Notes: generated by a model not told the origin, from the letters alone. A DNA stretch of 33,266 nucleotides from Octopus bimaculoides (GCF_001194135.2 NC_068989.1:56763708-56796973); one strand, 5' to 3'. Positions 1 through 10,779 are shown, counted from the first letter of the stretch. A program made the numbers and translations.

Positions 1-667
1 ATATATATATATATACACATATGTATGTATGATTCCTGTCTGTATGTAGGTGCATGTGTATGTAGGCATGTGTGTGTGCATCTGTGTGCACCTTTGTCTT
101 TACATTGTGTGATGTTTGTAAACAAGTACCATGCATTTTCAATCTCCCTTGAAAAATGTGTCTGGATATGGGAAAAGTTTATCTGGCTTGGAAAGAAGTT
201 AGGGTTGGTGACATAGAAAATCTGCCTCAATGAATCTCAAAGATGGAAAAGTGGACCTTAAAATGATGGTGATGAGGATGATGATGATGAGGAGGAGAAG
301 GAGGATGGTGATGATGAGGATATGTTCTAAACATCATCTTAATGCTGAAAAATTTAGTTCTTTTACTAAATTCCTCCAAACTCTCGATTGTTTTCCAAAT
401 TAACTGAAATATAAGCTCTCAGTTTCATTTAGAATACGATCATGAAAGGTTTAAGAAGTTATGCCACCATAAATTATTAATCTAAACATTTTTCTTAGTT
501 GGAGAAAGAAAATTCATAAAAATATTAAAAAAAAACCTAGGTGGCAATTGTTAGTAACTGTTAAAGGAAATTAGACTGTTATGAACACGTTCCAGTGTAT
601 TAACCAGAAACAGTTGCTCCTTGCCTATAAATAAAGATCAGATATTTCCCTAAGCATGTAAGTTTAC

Positions 668-754
668 TTTGAGAGATTAAGTTCATGAAATTGTTGCCCT
701 CTTCTTCGAGAGTCACTAACAATGTCTGTTCATGATCTTGTTGTCTGTCTTTAG
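668..754 (-). CDS. Candidate internal coding exon (87 nt, phase 1-1) of an unidentified minus-strand gene; peptide (A)KDRQQDHEQTLLVTLEEEGNNFMNLISQ
   Basis: On the minus strand the acceptor is TTCCTTTATTAAAATTTCCCTTTTAG| and the donor is AAA|GTAAAC. The length is a multiple of 3, the frame is open, the sequence is non-repetitive, and the phase matches the first-exon candidates at 3640 and about 31311. No homolog recognised. Confidence 0.55.
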
Positions 755-878
755 CTAAAAGGGAAATTTTAATAAAGGAATATTTTGAACAATATTCTGG
801 CATCATTTCTTATCTTCTACGAGAGTTGACAAAGTTTTGGAATAGCTGTCACTGTCTTGTAGGGTAAGAAAAAAGCAT

Positions 879-1100
879 ATCATCATCATCATCATCATCG
901 TTTAACGTCCACTTTCCATGCTAGCATGGGTTGGACGATTTGACTGAAGACTGGTGGAACCCGAAGGCTACACCAGGCTCCAATCTGATTTGGCAGAGTT
1001 TCTACAGCTGGATGCCCTTCCTAACGCCAACCACTCCGAGAGTGTAGTAGGTGCTTTTACGTGTCACCGGCATGAAGGCCAGTCAGGTGATACTGGCAAC
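879..1100 (-). mobile_element. 3' end of RTE-type LINE (or RTE-tailed SINE) with (GAT)n tail
   Basis: (CAT)n followed by TTTAACGTCCACTTTCCATGCTAGCATGGGTTGGAC, the reverse complement of the tail at about 18030-18087 that follows an RTE ORF end. Confidence 0.75.
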
Positions 1101-1319
1101 GGCTGAATTAACAAAAATACAGGGTAGGCAAATGTAGTAAAATTTTACTGCATATTGCAATCTTTGGGCACAATCTGGCAGCTTCAGCTATTGCACCAAG
1201 TGTATTTTCATACTTTGTGATTTTTCACCCATCCTGTACATAAACAGTTTGGGAAAAAAATGTCTTTCGGAATTTTAATTCTAGCCAAGAAATCTCATCT
1301 AGGTGTATGTATAGCTTTG

Positions 1320-1817
1320 AATATATGCCATTAACTGGGCTAAAATACATCTGGCATTCACTTTACCTGCTGCTAGGATGGTTTTTATTTCCTTCCAAAA
1401 TATACTGTTTTTAAACAGAACATATCCATAAGAAATGTTATTTCTGGATGAATACTGCAGTAACTTGTCTGTCAATAATACATATACATTAAAGATGATA
1501 CATAGATGGCTATTGTAATTCAATACTATTTCAATGGCAAAAACCAGATTTTTATTCAGCTGGGCAGCTTTTGCAATATCGTTATTTCCTATATCAGAGG
1601 TGACAAATCTGGCTTTAAGTATACGTCACTGATAGAGCCAATAGGGCTGAAATGCATCTGGCAGTCTCGTCAGCTGTTGCTGGAATGATTTTCATCTCCC
1701 TGTTATAGTGTTTGAAAACACTATAACATCTCCAGAATAGGTTATCTCTGGATGAAACCTGCAGTAACTTGCCTGTCAATGATGTACATACATTAAGTGT
1801 GGTACATAGATGACTAT
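1320..1817. repeat. Diverged tandem duplication, two copies of about 195 bp (about 1320-1512 and 1625-1817)
   Basis: Shared blocks CATCTGGCA, TCTGGATGAA, CTGCAGTAACTTG(T/C)CTGTCAAT and ACATAGATG occur in the same order at an offset of about 305 bp. Confidence 0.85.
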
Positions 1818-1974
1818 ACAAATTTTAAATAGTAAAGGGGAAAAAATGACTGCTGTATTTAATTTTTAAACCTGGTACTTATTGTATAGATAACTTTTAC
1901 CAAATTGCTAAGTTATTGGGAACGCAAGCAAACCAACACCAGTGTAACGCGCGCGTGCTCACACACACACATGA

Positions 1975-2130
1975 TGGACTACTTCCAGTTTCCGTCTACC
2001 AGATCCACTCAAAAAATTTTAGTTGATCAAGGACTATAATAGAAGATTCCTGTCTCTGTCGCACAGAGGGATTGAACCTATGAACATAGTTTGGAAGCAA
2101 ACTTAACTATACAGTCACGTCTGTGCCTAT
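1975..2130 (-). mobile_element. tRNA-derived SINE, family B, partial
   Basis: TTCCAGTTTCCGTCTACCAGATCCACTC is the reverse complement of GAGTGGATTTGGTAGATGGAAAC in the copy at 14082-14445. Confidence 0.7.
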
Positions 2131-2206
2131 GGCTAAATAATTTCAGATAGAGTAAAGAAAACGTAGGAAGGTAAAAAAAAAGTCCTCGAGCTCAAATCTT
2201 TTGTCT

Positions 2207-2529
2207 CAGTGGTTCTCAGTCGGGGTTCATATAAGATTTGGGGGTTCCATGTAACAAAATAGTAAATTGGGGATCCACAATAATATTTTAAGGGCTCCTG
2301 GAAATTTTTCACTTTAGATGTATGTATTGGTATGTTTTGCAAGAAACAGCGAGGTTTCTTTCTCTTACATAGTTCAACCTACACAAGTTATTGTGTGAAA
2401 AATAAAATAGGAGTTTTGAAAAACGTTTCAATATAACTTAGTTTTTAAACATGGAATGGCTATGACGGTCCACCAGAATGAAACAGTAATCAAAATGTTC
2501 TATAGATAATAAATGGTTGAAAACCATTG
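2207..2529. mobile_element. hAT-like non-autonomous element (MITE), 323 bp
   Basis: Imperfect TIRs: CAGTGGTTCTCAGTC versus the reverse complement of the right end, CAATGGTTTTCAACC (11/15). Degenerate 8-bp TSD TTTTGTCT / CTTTATCT (6/8). Confidence 0.55.
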
Positions 2530-3639
2530 CTTTATCTAATTCAGATCCAACAGTTGTCACATTAAATACGTGTCTATATAGGATGATTAATGACTTGTTC
2601 ACATCAATCATTGCCTATGAGTCATTTTAATTAACGTAAACAGACAGATGCTCATATCAAACGAAACAACGAAAATCTCCTCTACGTGGCGGTTAAACTT
2701 ACTAGAAATAGTAATTAAATTTTCGTGAAATCACACTCCTATACGTCTTCGAAGGAAGGACATTAATTAATGTGGTTCTCTGTATACACTGCCTCAATGG
2801 GAACATGGGAATGTCATTGCTGGGACAGCTTTGACCATAGGACTTGTCGATTAGATCTGATTTGGGGATAAACAACAACTACGACCCAAGTGTTTGTCAT
2901 TGATCAGTTTTGATTAATTACAAAAATATTTCTAATTCTATCGCAAAGAATTTTTTTCATAAACGATAAAGTATTTTTGCGCAATAAAATATTGTTGTGT
3001 CTGGGGAGAGTCATACTGCCTTAATGTTATTGTTGTTTACGTAGTTTAAAACTGACACAACAGACTTACAATCAAAGGTAGGCATTCCAGTCATGACTAT
3101 CACATCAGTTTGTATACTTAGGACTACTTTGAACAATATATTCTTTATTTTTAAATCGGTTTCGCTGTTATTACTAGCGTGTCGTGAGACCGCGAAGGGG
3201 TTTCTTCATTGTTGTTAGAAAGTGACACCACTCATACTGACATAGGAACAAGTGTCAATCGACTTCAGCATGTGATTGGTATTTCTATTTTATCGATCTC
3301 GATGATTTAACTAATTATCGATTGTTCCCCCAACAAAATTGTGGCCGTGTGCTGTTAATTTAAGAAATCATTATTATTAACAATTCAATGTGTGAAATAA
3401 ATATGTAAAGAGTAGAATAATATTGAGAGATTCACTATGCAGTATAGTGAATTGAAAAACATGGATGGACTAACGTAATTCATGCAATTAGTAAACAAAA
3501 CCTCCTTCTAGGAGTCTACTGATGTGACTTCTGGAGGGATGTTTTGTCTACTAATTGGGTAACCACAGTGAGAGAGAGAGAGATAAAGAGGAGGAACAAA
3601 GAAATATAATACTGGAAACAACAACGAAGATGCTTTCAC

Positions 3640-3709
3640 CTGTTACTGTAGTTTCTACTGGTGATTTCGTCTCATTGTCCAGCGTTAGGGAGCGAAAAAG
3701 TACTGCCAT
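3640..3709 (-). CDS. Candidate first coding exon MAVLFRSLTLDNETKSPVETTVT (phase-1 donor)
   Basis: ACAACT-ATG-G start context; donor CAG|GTGAAA followed by pyrimidine-rich/(CT)n intron-like sequence; joins the 668-754 exon in frame (G+CT = Ala). Confidence 0.5.
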
Positions 3710-3869
3710 AGTTGTTAACTATAAAACTCAACACCACTGACTAATTAAGATAAGACTAAACTGCTCGATCACAGACGGGCTTAAATAAAAGATAGCGAAT
3801 CACTTAACAGAGACATGCCTGACGATAATAAACCTACTTTTTCCCCATGTTTGCCAAGCTAGTTTTTCG

Positions 3870-3927
3870 TTTATACTCTTTTTCACTGTTCCACCTTGTC
3901 CCCACTCGACTTTTCAGCTCCCGCCCC
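3870..3927 (-). promoter_or_regulatory. Candidate core promoter: GC box and TATA box
   Basis: Minus-strand GGGGCGGG (3927-3920) lies about 50 bp upstream of TATAAA (3875-3870), in a locally GC-rich patch upstream of the 3709 ATG. Confidence 0.4.
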
Positions 3928-4134
3928 TCTCCCTCCCTGCCTCCTGTCTCTCCACACTAAACTGTCACTCGATGTATCGTGTCATTATAATTGATAGCAG
4001 AGTACTATAATTAAATGTGGTAAACCGAAAATAATTTTTAATCAATTGAAATTATAATCGCGGTGAGAAGAAAATTCACTAGTTCTAAAGAAAATTAATC
4101 TCCATAAGAACAAAAGAGAAAACAAAGTATTTGC

Positions 4135-4240
4135 GTGTGCGAGCGTGCGCGCGTGTATGTATGTATGTATGTATGGATGGATGGATGGATGGATGCATGT
4201 ATGTATGCATGTATGTATGTATGTATGTATGTATGTATGT
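4135..4240. repeat. Compound microsatellite (GC/GT)-(GTAT)n-(GGAT)n-(GTAT)n
   Basis: Directly visible. Confidence 0.95.
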
Positions 4241-4266
4241 CAGGTCACATGTGAAGTCTCTCATGG

Positions 4267-6745
4267 GTGCTACTGGTAACATGGAATTCAGTACAACCTG
4301 TTGTATGGTTGGGCCATGTCCATGCAATTGAGTTTCAGAAGAGAGGTCTTCTCCATTGCCACATGTTGGTAGCGTTGAGAAATGAGGACAAACTCAGAAA
4401 CAGCGATGACATAAATAGGACTGTGACAGCTGAAATTCCTGATGTCAATGATGATCCAGTCTTGCATGATTTACTGAAAAAATGCATGATACATGGTCTT
4501 TCTTCCCCTTGCATGGGAAATGGCTCATGTCAAAAGAAATTCCCTAAGTACTACAGAGATGAAATGCTTCTGAATTTGAATGGCTATCCAGAGTACAGAA
4601 GATGCAATACTGGAGTCACAGTTCAAGTTGGACATCACTCAGTTGACAATAGGAACGTTGTGTCGTACAATGCCTACCTGCTGAAAAAGTACAGAGCTCA
4701 CATTAATGTAGAAATTTGTTCATCCGTGAAAAGCATTAAATATCTCTTCAAGTACATGTACAAGGGACATGACTGTGCTTCTGTTGAAGTAAGAGACAAC
4801 CCAGCGGCATATCATGAGCAAAATCAAGCTCACAATGAAATTACTGATTATTTTGCTTGCCTATATGTTTCTCCTGCAGAAGCTATGTGGAGACTGTCAG
4901 AGTTCAAGCTACATGATACATTTCACGGTGTTTACAGACTTGCACAACATTTTGAAGATCAGAAAAGAGTTTACTTTCACAGAGGCAGTGCTCAGCAAGC
5001 TGCTCAGGTACAGAGGGACCATGACACTACTCTTACTGCATGATTTAAACTGACTGAGCATGATGATGATGCAAGGAACCACTTGTACCCTGATGTTCCC
5101 CTGCATTATGTGTTTAATGAGCACACTAGAACATGGACACCAAAGCAAAGGAATGCTATCACCAGTAGAATGTATACAGTGAGCCCTAGAGTCACAGAAA
5201 AATTTCACTTGCAAATGCTGTTTCTGCATGTTTCAGGCGCTGTGAGTTTCTTGGATTTTCACACTATAGAAGGAGAAATCTCACCAACATTTAAGGCAGC
5301 ATGCCTGAGATATCGTCTTCTCTCAAACGATGACACACTGGATCATGCACTGCTAGAAGCTGCTACCTGTCGGATGCCCTTACAGTTGCTTATTATGTTT
5401 GCTGCCCTGTGTACGTATATGAACCCTGCAAATGCTCTTCACCTGTGGACCACTGACAAGGAATCCATGATTAAAGATTTCTTGCACCAAGGTTTTAATG
5501 CAGAACACATAGAAAACATGGCACTGCACTCAGTCGATGCAATTCTGATAGAAAATGGCATTAATTGTTTAGCAATTGGGCTGTCTGAGCCTATTGGAGT
5601 ACCACAGCTTGACTATCATGAAAACCTCGATCACCCGGGCATTGCAGCACTTACTGATGAACAGAGACTGATTGCTAATGCTATGCTTGAATCTCTAGAT
5701 AAGAATAGGAGAGGTGAGGTGCCCAACCACTCCTGTTTCTATGTAGATGCACAAGGAGGTTGTGGTAAAACTTATATATTTAATACCATAATTTCTTATC
5801 TGTGAAGGAACAACTGCAACATGTGCAGTGGTGTTTGGACAGGCATTGACTCTACACTACTGTCAGGTGGAAAGACTATCCATAGTTTGTTCAAGATGCT
5901 TACCCCACTCACGGAGGCCAGCGTTTATAATGTACCAGCCACTTCAGACCATGCAAATCATTTATGAAATCTGGATTTGATCATCTTGGATGAGGCTTCT
6001 ATGATCCCTTCATTTGCACTTCATGCTATTGATAAAGCCTTGCTATATTGCCAAGAGGACCTACCTATATTGCCAAGAGGACCTCATGAGGCAATTATTG
6101 AAATCCATATTAAAAATTCTCCTTTATGACTGAATTTCATCCAATACAGATTAAGCCAGAACATCAGGACACCAGCAGATCAAAAGGAATTTGCAGCATG
6201 GCTCTTGCATCTTGGCAATGGAACATATACATCTTCACAAGATACTTATCTTGCTGTTGATGACATAGACGTGCCTCAAATTTCATGCATTGACAGCTCT
6301 CTGGTGGATGATATCTTCAACAACATTTCTGAGGAAGAGAGAACAAGCAGAGTAACTCTTTCGCCAAAGAACTCAGACTGCCTTCTGATCAATGAAGTAG
6401 TTTTGAGACAACTTCCAGGTGACTGCCGCACCTATTATAGTACAGCTAAATTTTGAAAGATGACCCTGCTGAGGCTGAGTGCCATCCACTTGAATTTCTA
6501 AACTCTTTGACACCATCAGGAATGCCTCCGCATAAATTGAGTTTAAAACCCAGCTCAGTAGTAATGTGTCTTTGTAACATTTCTATCCAGAATGGACTTT
6601 GCAATGGTACAAGACTGGAGGTGGTGGCCATACATCAACATTCAATCAAGGCTTCCTTGATTAGCGGCTCACTAATTGGCAGACGTGTTCTCATCCCCAG
6701 AATAAAGCAGGCTCTAAGTGACCCTAACTTGCCATTCACCTGTAG
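4267..6745 (+). pseudogene. Helitron Rep/Pif1-helicase remnant (truncated at both ends, inactivated)
   Basis: Rep motifs VHAIEFQKRGLLHCHML, GYPEYRR and YNAYLLKKYRAHINVEIC..KYLFKYMYKGHD. Helicase motifs YVDAQGGCGKT (Walker A), LLSGGKTIHSLF, IILDEASM and EFLNSLTPSGMPPHKL..GLCNGTRL. In-frame TGA stops at 5041, 5803, 5965 and 6127; frameshift at about 6450. Confidence 0.95.
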
Positions 6746-6775
6746 CCCATCTTTTATATCAAGACAACACACATT

Positions 6776-6776
6776 A

Positions 6777-6822
<46 letters not shown>
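6776..6822. repeat. (ATT)n microsatellite
   Basis: Directly visible. Confidence 0.95.
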
Positions 6823-6823
<1 letters not shown>

Positions 6824-7574
6824 AAATTCAGTAGCTTAGTCCTATAATAGCCAAATTAGCTCTTGATTTCATACCATAAATTAGGAACCAACTGAAGAGG
6901 CCTCCAGCAACAAAGAACCCATGCCATACTATTCCTTTCAGCCATTTCTTGTTGGAGCTGGTTTTTAACTTTCTTGTTATGAAGCAATTGGTAATTTGGT
7001 TATTATGAGTTCATAATATTGTATTATATTAATATTAATAATATGCCCAATCTATTAACTAATATAGGAGTCCATGCTTTTTTGTGATTCATGCATATTT
7101 AGATTATTGTGCATGCTTTTATGTGTATTTACATATACATGTAAAAAATGCAACATCAACAAGATGCAGTAACCAAGAAAAAAGTCCAAATTATAATTTT
7201 TTTGTTTTTTTGTGGTCTCACACAGACATAGCTAGAGGTGCAAGCATGGCTGTGTAGTAGATGCTTGCTTCCCAATCATATTTTAGGAACTTTTACTCCT
7301 AACAAAGAAAGTTGAAATGTAGAAGGCAGATATTCTTCAAATACAAGAATAAAATGATGATAGGAATTTGCAAATACGGCCATAAGTCGTTTTAATCTTG
7401 ATACTGCATGCAAATTACAGTATTTGTATAGAAAGAGATAAAGGCAGTTTCTGTGTGTTTGTATTCATATACAAGAGGTGGTTACGTTTGACCGTTACAT
7501 CACTTGGAATCATAGCAGGAAGAAAATACGTCTAATCACTTTAGTTGCTCCGTCCAAAAGCTATAGGTTGAGAG

Positions 7575-7800
7575 GGGACTTTGCACCATTCACAGATCTG
7601 GTCAGGAGCCCTCAACAGGTTGTTCTGTAGGAATCTCCAGTTGTCTTCCACATTATGTGATGCTATATCCTCCCCTTTTTCATTGAAAGCTTTGAGTAAT
7701 GCATCTCTAAATCTCTGTCTATTCACAGGATCCTTAAGCTTCCAGACCCCTCATTTCAATGCTGGTTGTCTTCTGGGCATCCATATAGCCCTGATCTGAA
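7575..7800 (-). mobile_element. RTE-type LINE ORF fragment (endonuclease-RT linker)
   Basis: Minus-strand translation DPVNRQRFRDALL..VEDNWRFLQNNLLRAPDQICEWCKV resembles the RTE ORF linker. Confidence 0.55.
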
Positions 7801-7920
7801 ACTTGAAATAAAACTGAATACTGACTGACTAACTGACAGACAGACAGAATACATACATACATACAAACAAGGGGTTTGAGCTAAATTTGATGTTTTTTAT
7901 GTCTTCTCTTTTCAGCGACA

Positions 7921-8254
7921 GCTGGAAAGCTATATGTGTGGCTGAAGGAATTGGTTCCTTGTCATATTTCCAGGAAATATCGGAAGTGGTGGTTGCTGGA
8001 GAGTGTCTATGACTTCAACAGTCCTAATTTTTGGCCTCTTAATTCCCTCATTTGCAATCCCATGGGTTATTATGTGTAGTGTACAGTTTGGAAAGACAAC
8101 TGCTCTGATGCAACACCAAGGCCCAGCTAGTGACCAAGATCAAGGAAGTGTTTGATGATCTTTCCAGAGACACAGTGAGGAATGCGTGTGTTTGGTTCTA
8201 GAGCAGAGCTGTCTTGAGGCTGTGGGGCAAGCTGAGTGTTGGAACTTTGAGTAA
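7921..8254 (+). pseudogene. Tc1/mariner transposase C-terminal remnant, probably DD37D (maT) type
   Basis: YVWLKELVPCHISRK..NFWPLNSLICNPMGYYV* corresponds to the QQDSAPCH / WPPNSPDCNPMDY motifs. It continues with KAQLVTKIKEVFDDLSRDTVRNAC and ends NFE*. The second-to-third catalytic spacing is 38 residues here. Confidence 0.8.
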
Positions 8255-8559
8255 ACTGTTATCATCTAGCCATAATCTGGTTGATGTTTTTTGATTTTTT
8301 AAAAATACTTTTATTTTTGGATGGGATATTGTTTCCTTTTATGCAAACTGTCAGATTTATCCCAAACATCCTGCATTTAGATTACTATGTGTGCATGTGT
8401 GTGTTCTTTTGTTTATATTTACATACAGCTCTTTCTTTTACTGCAAATGTCATCAAAAAATGTTACCCGATCATATAAATATTAAAATCTGACTTCAATA
8501 AGATGCAGCAACCAAGAAAAAAGTCCAAATTATCAATCTTTTCATGCAGACATGACTAT

Positions 8560-8762
8560 AGGTGTTAGCATGCTTGTGTAGTAAAAAGCTTGCTTTGCAA
8601 CCATATGGTCTTTGGCTTAGTTCCACTGCTTGGTACCTTGGGCAAGTGTCTTCTATTATAGCCCCAAGCCAACCAAAACTTTCCATTTGATTCATGCCAG
8701 TATGGAAAAATGGATGTTAAACATTGATGACGACGATGATGATGATGATGATGACGATGATT
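8560..8762 (+). mobile_element. SINE family B head joined to RTE-like tail and (GAT)n
   Basis: AAGCTTGCTTTGCAACCA..CCTTGGGCAAGTGTCTTCTATTATAGCC, then CATGCCAGTATGGAAAAATGGATGTTAAAC and (GAT/GAC)n. Confidence 0.65.
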
Positions 8763-9314
8763 TCAGTCTTATCTTAGAGTATATGCCAAATATAGTCCAC
8801 GAGGAGCAGCTTTCACTTACAATGTAAGTATTAGTTGAAAGTACATTTTAATAAATATTTTGTTTGCCATGAACCAGTTATAGGCACAACAGCCAAAGGA
8901 ATAAATAAAAGAAAGCATTCTAGATTTTCTGTAAAAGTACAAACTAGGTCTATAATAGTTTTGAAAGGTCAGGCTAATGACTGAAATATGAAAGAGGAGG
9001 CAGAGACTCAAGGAGGAAAACGAATGTATTTTATGCCATATGGATGTTATTGCTTTAACAGATGGGTGGTGATAATGAAATAAGTGTTTCTGGGATCTAT
9101 TTCATTTTTTGGCACTGTAAAGTGTTTATGTTTAACTGTCAGAAAAAAAACCCAACGAAAACAAAGAAAACAGTAAGTTAAAAAATTCATTGCAAGGTAT
9201 TTATGTGAAACTTGATGGGAGTAAAGATTAAAATGTGTCAAAGCTATTAAATATAGTATTATAAGAACCCAAAAAGCTCTTTATGAACTACAATGTGATA
9301 CAAATTCTTGCAGC

Positions 9315-10070
9315 TAGTACTTCTGGAAGCTGAACAAGACTATTTTGGCTTGTGAGGCATATCATAACCGGATTAAGGAGTTTGTTCAGAGAGCTTTAAC
9401 TGGCACTGTGTTAAATAACTGGTGGTGGTTGGCCCTCAAACGAACCATCCATTTGTCAATTAGGTTTAGTTGTTAGCTAAGCATAATAGAGCTAGAATAG
9501 AGTGTGACTTACTCAAGGATTTAGAAGAGGCATTGAGGTTGAGCTCTGCACCTCATGTTGTGGCGGTGTGATTGGCCTTGGACCGACACCTCAAAGCCAA
9601 GCATGAGGAATGTAGATTTTGGGCAAAAGTACATGCATTGGAGCATGAGGGAACTAACATTGCCAGATGGACCCGTATGGTAGAGACCCAGCATGGCAAG
9701 AGTGCTGCAATTAGGTCTTTGGTAAGCGAGCAAGAGTGTTTGGTTGAAGGACAGGACAAGATGAGTGAGGCATTTTACGAGCATTTTGCCCAATTGTTTG
9801 GGAAGAGCGGGATGCTAGACCATGGTGAGTCCCTTTGGGACTTCCTGGATGGTGGCCAGCATCTCTTGGCATGAGAGGCTGAGTGCTGTGAAGGGCCAAT
9901 CACAGCCGAAGAGGTCATCAAGATACTTTCCAAGTGCCCTGGGAAGAAGTCAGCGGGACTTGATGGTTTACCCTATGTGTTTTATCAAAATATGCCAAAC
10001 TTGTTCTGGCACCTATTGGCTAGAGTTTATGCCAACTGGCAGCAGAATGGGAGTATTCCCAAAGTTGTAA
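9315..10070 (+). mobile_element. Tx1/L1-like LINE ORF2 fragment (post-endonuclease linker to start of RT)
   Basis: YFWKLNKTIL (the WKLN motif after the endonuclease), ALDRHLKAKHEEC, and CEGPITAEEVIKIL..KKSAGLDGLPYVFY (RT start), with internal stops. Confidence 0.85.
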
Positions 10071-10563
10071 GTCAGTATTTGATAAACTACTGCCAGGAAG
10101 AAAACAAAAAATACAGAGAAACACTGAAAATAAAATGAAATATTTCAATATAGGTGACAAAGTGTGTTTTAAAAAGTATAAAAATGGCAAACAAAGTTGC
10201 GAAGAAAGAAAAATAACTAAATGTTTAGGAAGAATAACGTATATGGTAAAAGGGCATACGTGGGAACATAACAGACATCTGAACCAAATGCAAAAGAGAT
10301 TTACAGAAGAAAAAATAAGGCAGGAAGAGCCAATGGAAATGCTATATGACATGTTTGATGTTCCAGTACCACAAGAAACAGTTGAACCAGAGTGTACATC
10401 AACAAGAAAAAGAAAACAGATGGAAATGTTGAAAATTGAACCAAAAAGAAAAAAAATATTCCATTTCCTCCCCGAGGAAGTAAGAAAAAAAAAAAGGGCG
10501 GAGGAAGGTAGTAATAAATAAAAGTATTGACTCTCAGGGAAAGTTAAACTTAGAAAAGGGAGA
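10069..10563 (+). mobile_element. Ty3/Gypsy pol C-terminal (post-integrase) fragment plus polypurine tract
   Basis: KSVFDKLLPG..FNIGDKV..KITKCLGRITYMV..RHLNQ resembles the integrase C-terminal region. After the stop, AGAAAAGGGAGA (PPT) directly precedes TG at 10564. Confidence 0.75.
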
Positions 10564-10779
10564 TGTTGTGGTGGAATCTGAATATCCCAATAAATGGATA
10601 AATGGACGGTTCTGAAATGTATAAATATGCGTGCATGCTGGAGATAGTAGAAGAGTGTCATATGCACAACTGTATGTTATACAGAGAGTTGTAGAAGCTA
10701 TTAAGAAGAGATATTGTTAGATTACATGTTGGTGATTTGAACAGTTGGTAAATGAATATACCATAAGTCCACAACTACA
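10564..10779 (+). mobile_element. Candidate 3' LTR (about 216 bp) of the Gypsy element
   Basis: Starts TGTTGTGG immediately after the PPT and ends CCACAACTACA (TG..CA with imperfect terminal IR); internal TATAAAT at about 10620. Confidence 0.6.

Noticed and set aside
1299-1821. Duplicated ORFs as mutually exclusive coding exons
   Set aside because: The shared acceptor gives a phase-2 entry incompatible with the phase-1 upstream exons, only one copy has a good donor, and the differences are mostly amino-acid changing with indels.
4085-4331. ORFs with YIHT/CMYV repeats (also 16024-16245 and 24948-25130)
   Set aside because: These are translations of (GTAT)n and (CA)n microsatellites.
4267-6456. 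All four in-frame stops of the Helitron ORF are TGA, suggesting UGA recoding or readthrough
   Set aside because: They fall where Trp (TGG) or Arg (CGA) is expected and are explained by single G>A or C>T transitions. A frameshift at about 6450, loss of motif III and both truncations show the copy is dead.
10020-10667. 215-aa hydrophobic minus-strand ORF
   Set aside because: It is the antisense shadow of the A-rich Gypsy fragment.
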